Positions 61,077-64,000 of a DNA stretch of 64,000 nt are shown here, one piece after another. The notes below the pieces were generated by a model that saw only the letters and a list, made by a program, of their open reading frames with translations, made no database searches and had not been told where the DNA came from. The stretch spans positions 434,001 to 498,000 of the forward strand of contig NW_027191415.1 of assembly GCF_041146345.1 (NCBI RefSeq), read 5' to 3'. Position numbers and translations under genes: made by a program. Positions within the stretch are counted from its first letter, which is position 1. Each line of letters begins with the position of its first letter. Source of the stretch: Neodothiora populina. Its lineage: Eukaryota.

Positions 61077-64000
61077 TCACCAGAAGGGCTGATTCAACCC
61101 CACTTCCTCATCACGTTTAGCTTGAACATGGGCCTCTATACCGAGCAAGTCCTGTATGTCGCCTCGTGGACCATGGTTCTCTCCACCCACTCCATCAAGA
61201 CGGGTAATTAGTTGCTCCGTAATAGTGTTCAGATCATCCAGCAACCCTTTGTCCAAAACATCGTCAGGTGTCCACTGAGCATCAACACCGAGTTCGAGGC
61301 CCAGGTTTTGGTCGAGAAGTGGGTTACGGGCCACGCGCAAACTTGCCTCGTACCATAAGGAATGTTCGGTCACCATGATTGGAGCAAGATCGGATGAAGC
61401 TACTCGGACAGTGTGGTCGTCCTTTCGATGTTTGAGGTCAAGTAGACGATTTTCTGTGACATACAGGTATATGTCATCTCGCTCCTTCGATCGATGCTGG
61501 ATGTTGCGCTTAGTATAGACGCTCTCGACTGACACATCATTCGATTGGACACGAAACTTGAGGCGTGGCACCCGGTGTTTCACCCGGTCCGTTTCGATTG
61601 CTGACACTTCGATCTCAAGTGTATCAATAATCTGCTGCATGGCTTCCGAAGGTGTAAGATCTTCATGATGGATGACCTGCACAGAAGCATCCCAAACGCG
61701 TCGTGGAAAGTGACAGAGTACCCTTCCAATTGTTTTTGGGGCTGATGACAACTTCACACTGTCTGACTCACCGTACACCTTCAGATGGACCCTTCCTTTG
61801 TTTTTGTCGTTAAGGACAAACTCATAGAAGACCTCTGTATTGAAGGGTGTCTGCTCGAACAGCTCTGGATTCACAATTTGACAAGCTTCAATTGTAGAGG
61901 AAGTCAGTATAGGTGAAAATTGGACGAGCACTTCTCCAGAAGATTCGTACGTCGCTAGGCTTTTGTCGAAATTCTCTTCTCTCGCGCCGTTCCTGACAAA
62001 GTTGTTGGCTTCGCCCACTCTTGCCGCACGAATCAGAATCTGGCCAAGCTGCACCTCGGTTTGAAGGACGCCTCTGAGAGATCTGGCGTGGTCCAGTATG
62101 TGCCACACGTCAGGTTTGTGAGTCGTCTTATCAGTTTTTGGCCGCAGTCTGCTATCGGATCTAGCCTCCGTTTGCACTCGCATATACGTTCTTGCGGCGC
62201 TCTGTAATGCCGCAGGAGGAGGTGGAGGAGGGGGTTCAGGTAGTGGTAGCCCGGAAGTGTCCACGCTGCGCATCGGGTCGTTCTTGGACTTGGCTTTTGA
62301 CTTGGCTTTCCCGCCTTTTCCCCTTTGCTGACCCATAGTTCGTTTGTACTGCCTCGAATCAGCCTCCTCTACTGATTGTAGTCGCTCAAGTATATCCTTG
62401 CTTACAGATGTGCTGTCACTAGAAGCGCTGAAATCGATAAGTGATTGCACTTCTCCTGTGGAAGCATTCGCGAGATCACTTTTGCTAGACTGTGCTTTAT
62501 CTGATGTTTCCACTATTGGTGTAGGTGTAATCGTAATGGATGGGCAAGGATCTTCCGAGGTAGTCAGTTCGTCAACAATAGAAGGACATGAAGCAGGGTC
62601 TTCGAAACTGATCAAAGCGTCGTTCTCGAAGATAGGGACATGGCGAGCATGATTTTCAACGCAAGGAAGTGGCGGTTTCGGTATGGTCGCAGTATCGCGT
62701 AAAATTGCACAGTTCTCTAGGTCGTCATCGAAATCGATGAGAGGCGCGTCTATAGAATGACCAGAACCTGGCAGAGGACCGCAGTGTGTCACTGGTGTAG
62801 TTGGGGTAGTCGTTGGTGACTGAGTGCTGCAACCGCCTTTCATAGTTCTAATAGCTGGCGGTTCTTGTACAGGCATGATGATCTTGTCATCACTTCCGCG
62901 TACATTCTTGTCTTCGGGTGTGCTTCGCTCAAGGAACCTTGCCACCCACGGGACTTCGTGCTTGGCCTTCGAATGGGGCAGTGAGTCGGGCTCTAGATCT
63001 GTGAGTGGTTTTGCTCTTGGTATGTCAATCATATCCGACTCTGTTAGTACATCCGGCACCACAGTACGTTCCCATTCCTCGACGTTGAATTTGGTATGAC
63101 TGTAGATTAGAGGAGCCTCGATTTGTGGAACTTCAGCCGAGTGAGCCTTAACAGAACCCTGTGCAATTGGCGGATCGGCACGTTCGACGCCTTCAGCCCA
63201 GTGCTGGATCTCGACTTTTATCTCTTGTAGAGGCTTTCCAACCGCAACTTGATCGGCTGGCGTAAGTACTGCACTTGGTGAAACTTCCGCGACCATGGTG
63301 TTGGGGTTGACCGAGTCTTGTTTGATCGATAACGGCATTGGTCCACCAGTGAATCTCTGAGGTGTGGTTTCATGCTCGCGGCCAGGCTCTGCGATGCGCG
63401 TAGCGCTTGCAGACACTTCTGGGACAGGTGCGGAACGGCCTTCGGTGATGGCAGTCACTGCTTTCCTTGATGGGAAATTGAGATCGGACCACGTCTGAAG
63501 CAAATCCGGGTTGGAGGTGTTGACAGTAGACTTTCTGCTGGGGTACAACAGCTTGCAGTCTTGGCCCATAGCAGCACTATGCTGCTGGACCGCACGAGCA
63601 GATCGCAGCCATGGGAGGCGGCCTGTAAGATCAGTCGACGAACGGGGCGCAAGTGTTCGCAAGAGGAGGTCGTCAGGCTGCTCAATCAAGGACGGGAACT
63701 TGATGTAGACGTTCGCCATCTTCTCCGCTTTCAAGGTGTGCGCAGTCACTTTCTGTCTCCTCGAATTCCGTTCAACATTCGACACTCTATCGTATGCTCG
63801 TTTTTGTAAAGCGCCCTTGATTGAAATTGACCGGGTCTCGAGATTCATGTCGAAAGAACAGCCTGTTTCGTGGCTAAGAGTGTTGAGGATTGTAGCAGGA
63901 AAGACTCTGCTGAGATCAGTGTCTCCATGGGGGACCCACAGTAGATGCGTATGGTCCTCTCCGTTGTCTGAGATTGTAGTGTCAATCAAAAGCGATGAGA
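61077..64000 (-). CDS. Large fungal hypothetical protein (at least 970 aa); 5' end probably outside the window
   Basis: 2.9-kb open frame reaching the window edge; possible KH-like segment (ILNTLSHETGCSF..SISIKG), disordered middle and globular C-terminal domain (VQLGQILI, FPRRVWDASV, WYEASL). Confidence 0.75.
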   Translation of the reverse strand, partial: SSLLIDTTISDNGEDHTHLLWVPHGDTDLSRVFPATILNTLSHETGCSFDMNLETRSISIKGALQKRAYDRVSNVERNSRRQKVTAHTLKAEKMANVYIKFPSLIEQPDDLLLRTLAPRSSTDLTGRLPWLRSARAVQQHSAAMGQDCKLLYPSRKSTVNTSNPDLLQTWSDLNFPSRKAVTAITEGRSAPVPEVSASATRIAEPGREHETTPQRFTGGPMPLSIKQDSVNPNTMVAEVSPSAVLTPADQVAVGKPLQEIKVEIQHWAEGVERADPPIAQGSVKAHSAEVPQIEAPLIYSHTKFNVEEWERTVVPDVLTESDMIDIPRAKPLTDLEPDSLPHSKAKHEVPWVARFLERSTPEDKNVRGSDDKIIMPVQEPPAIRTMKGGCSTQSPTTTPTTPVTHCGPLPGSGHSIDAPLIDFDDDLENCAILRDTATIPKPPLPCVENHARHVPIFENDALISFEDPASCPSIVDELTTSEDPCPSITITPTPIVETSDKAQSSKSDLANASTGEVQSLIDFSASSDSTSVSKDILERLQSVEEADSRQYKRTMGQQRGKGGKAKSKAKSKNDPMRSVDTSGLPLPEPPPPPPPAALQSAARTYMRVQTEARSDSRLRPKTDKTTHKPDVWHILDHARSLRGVLQTEVQLGQILIRAARVGEANNFVRNGAREENFDKSLATYESSGEVLVQFSPILTSSTIEACQIVNPELFEQTPFNTEVFYEFVLNDKNKGRVHLKVYGESDSVKLSSAPKTIGRVLCHFPRRVWDASVQVIHHEDLTPSEAMQQIIDTLEIEVSAIETDRVKHRVPRLKFRVQSNDVSVESVYTKRNIQHRSKERDDIYLYVTENRLLDLKHRKDDHTVRVASSDLAPIMVTEHSLWYEASLRVARNPLLDQNLGLELGVDAQWTPDDVLDKGLLDDLNTITEQLITRLDGVGGENHGPRGDIQDLLGIEAHVQAKRDEEVGLNQPFW

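Overview
Eukaryotic, intron-containing DNA from a filamentous ascomycete (Pezizomycotina). Eurotiomycetes/Chaetothyriales-like affinity is my inference from protein style and the short GT-AG introns with CTRAC branch points. I can support about 23 protein-coding genes and one intronless tRNA-Asn(GTT). Recognisable genes include STT3, YOS9, a GH47 alpha-1,2-mannosidase, EMC3, SPC2, GRX4, ARS2/SERRATE, TSPO, RPC25, a NUFIP1/Rsa1-like protein, a SET-MYND protein and a PX-domain protein. There is also a DUF1479 (Gig2/YbiU-like) oxygenase divergently paired with a transcription factor that has only half a zinc cluster, two C2H2 proteins and several hypothetical proteins. I found no transposon, rRNA, CRISPR array or secondary-metabolite backbone gene. 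Most notable observations: (1) a cell-surface sensor-like gene whose otherwise intact cytoplasmic tail is interrupted by two in-frame stops (TAA, TAG); (2) the DUF1479/half-zinc-cluster TF pair with a palindromic CreA-type site between them; (3) five ER protein-biogenesis/glycan quality-control genes within about 25 kb; (4) non-canonical splice signals (one GC-AG intron, four AAG acceptors); (5) a recurring intergenic TACAGT/GTAC motif. Exon boundaries were parsed by eye and family calls are from motif recognition, not database searches.
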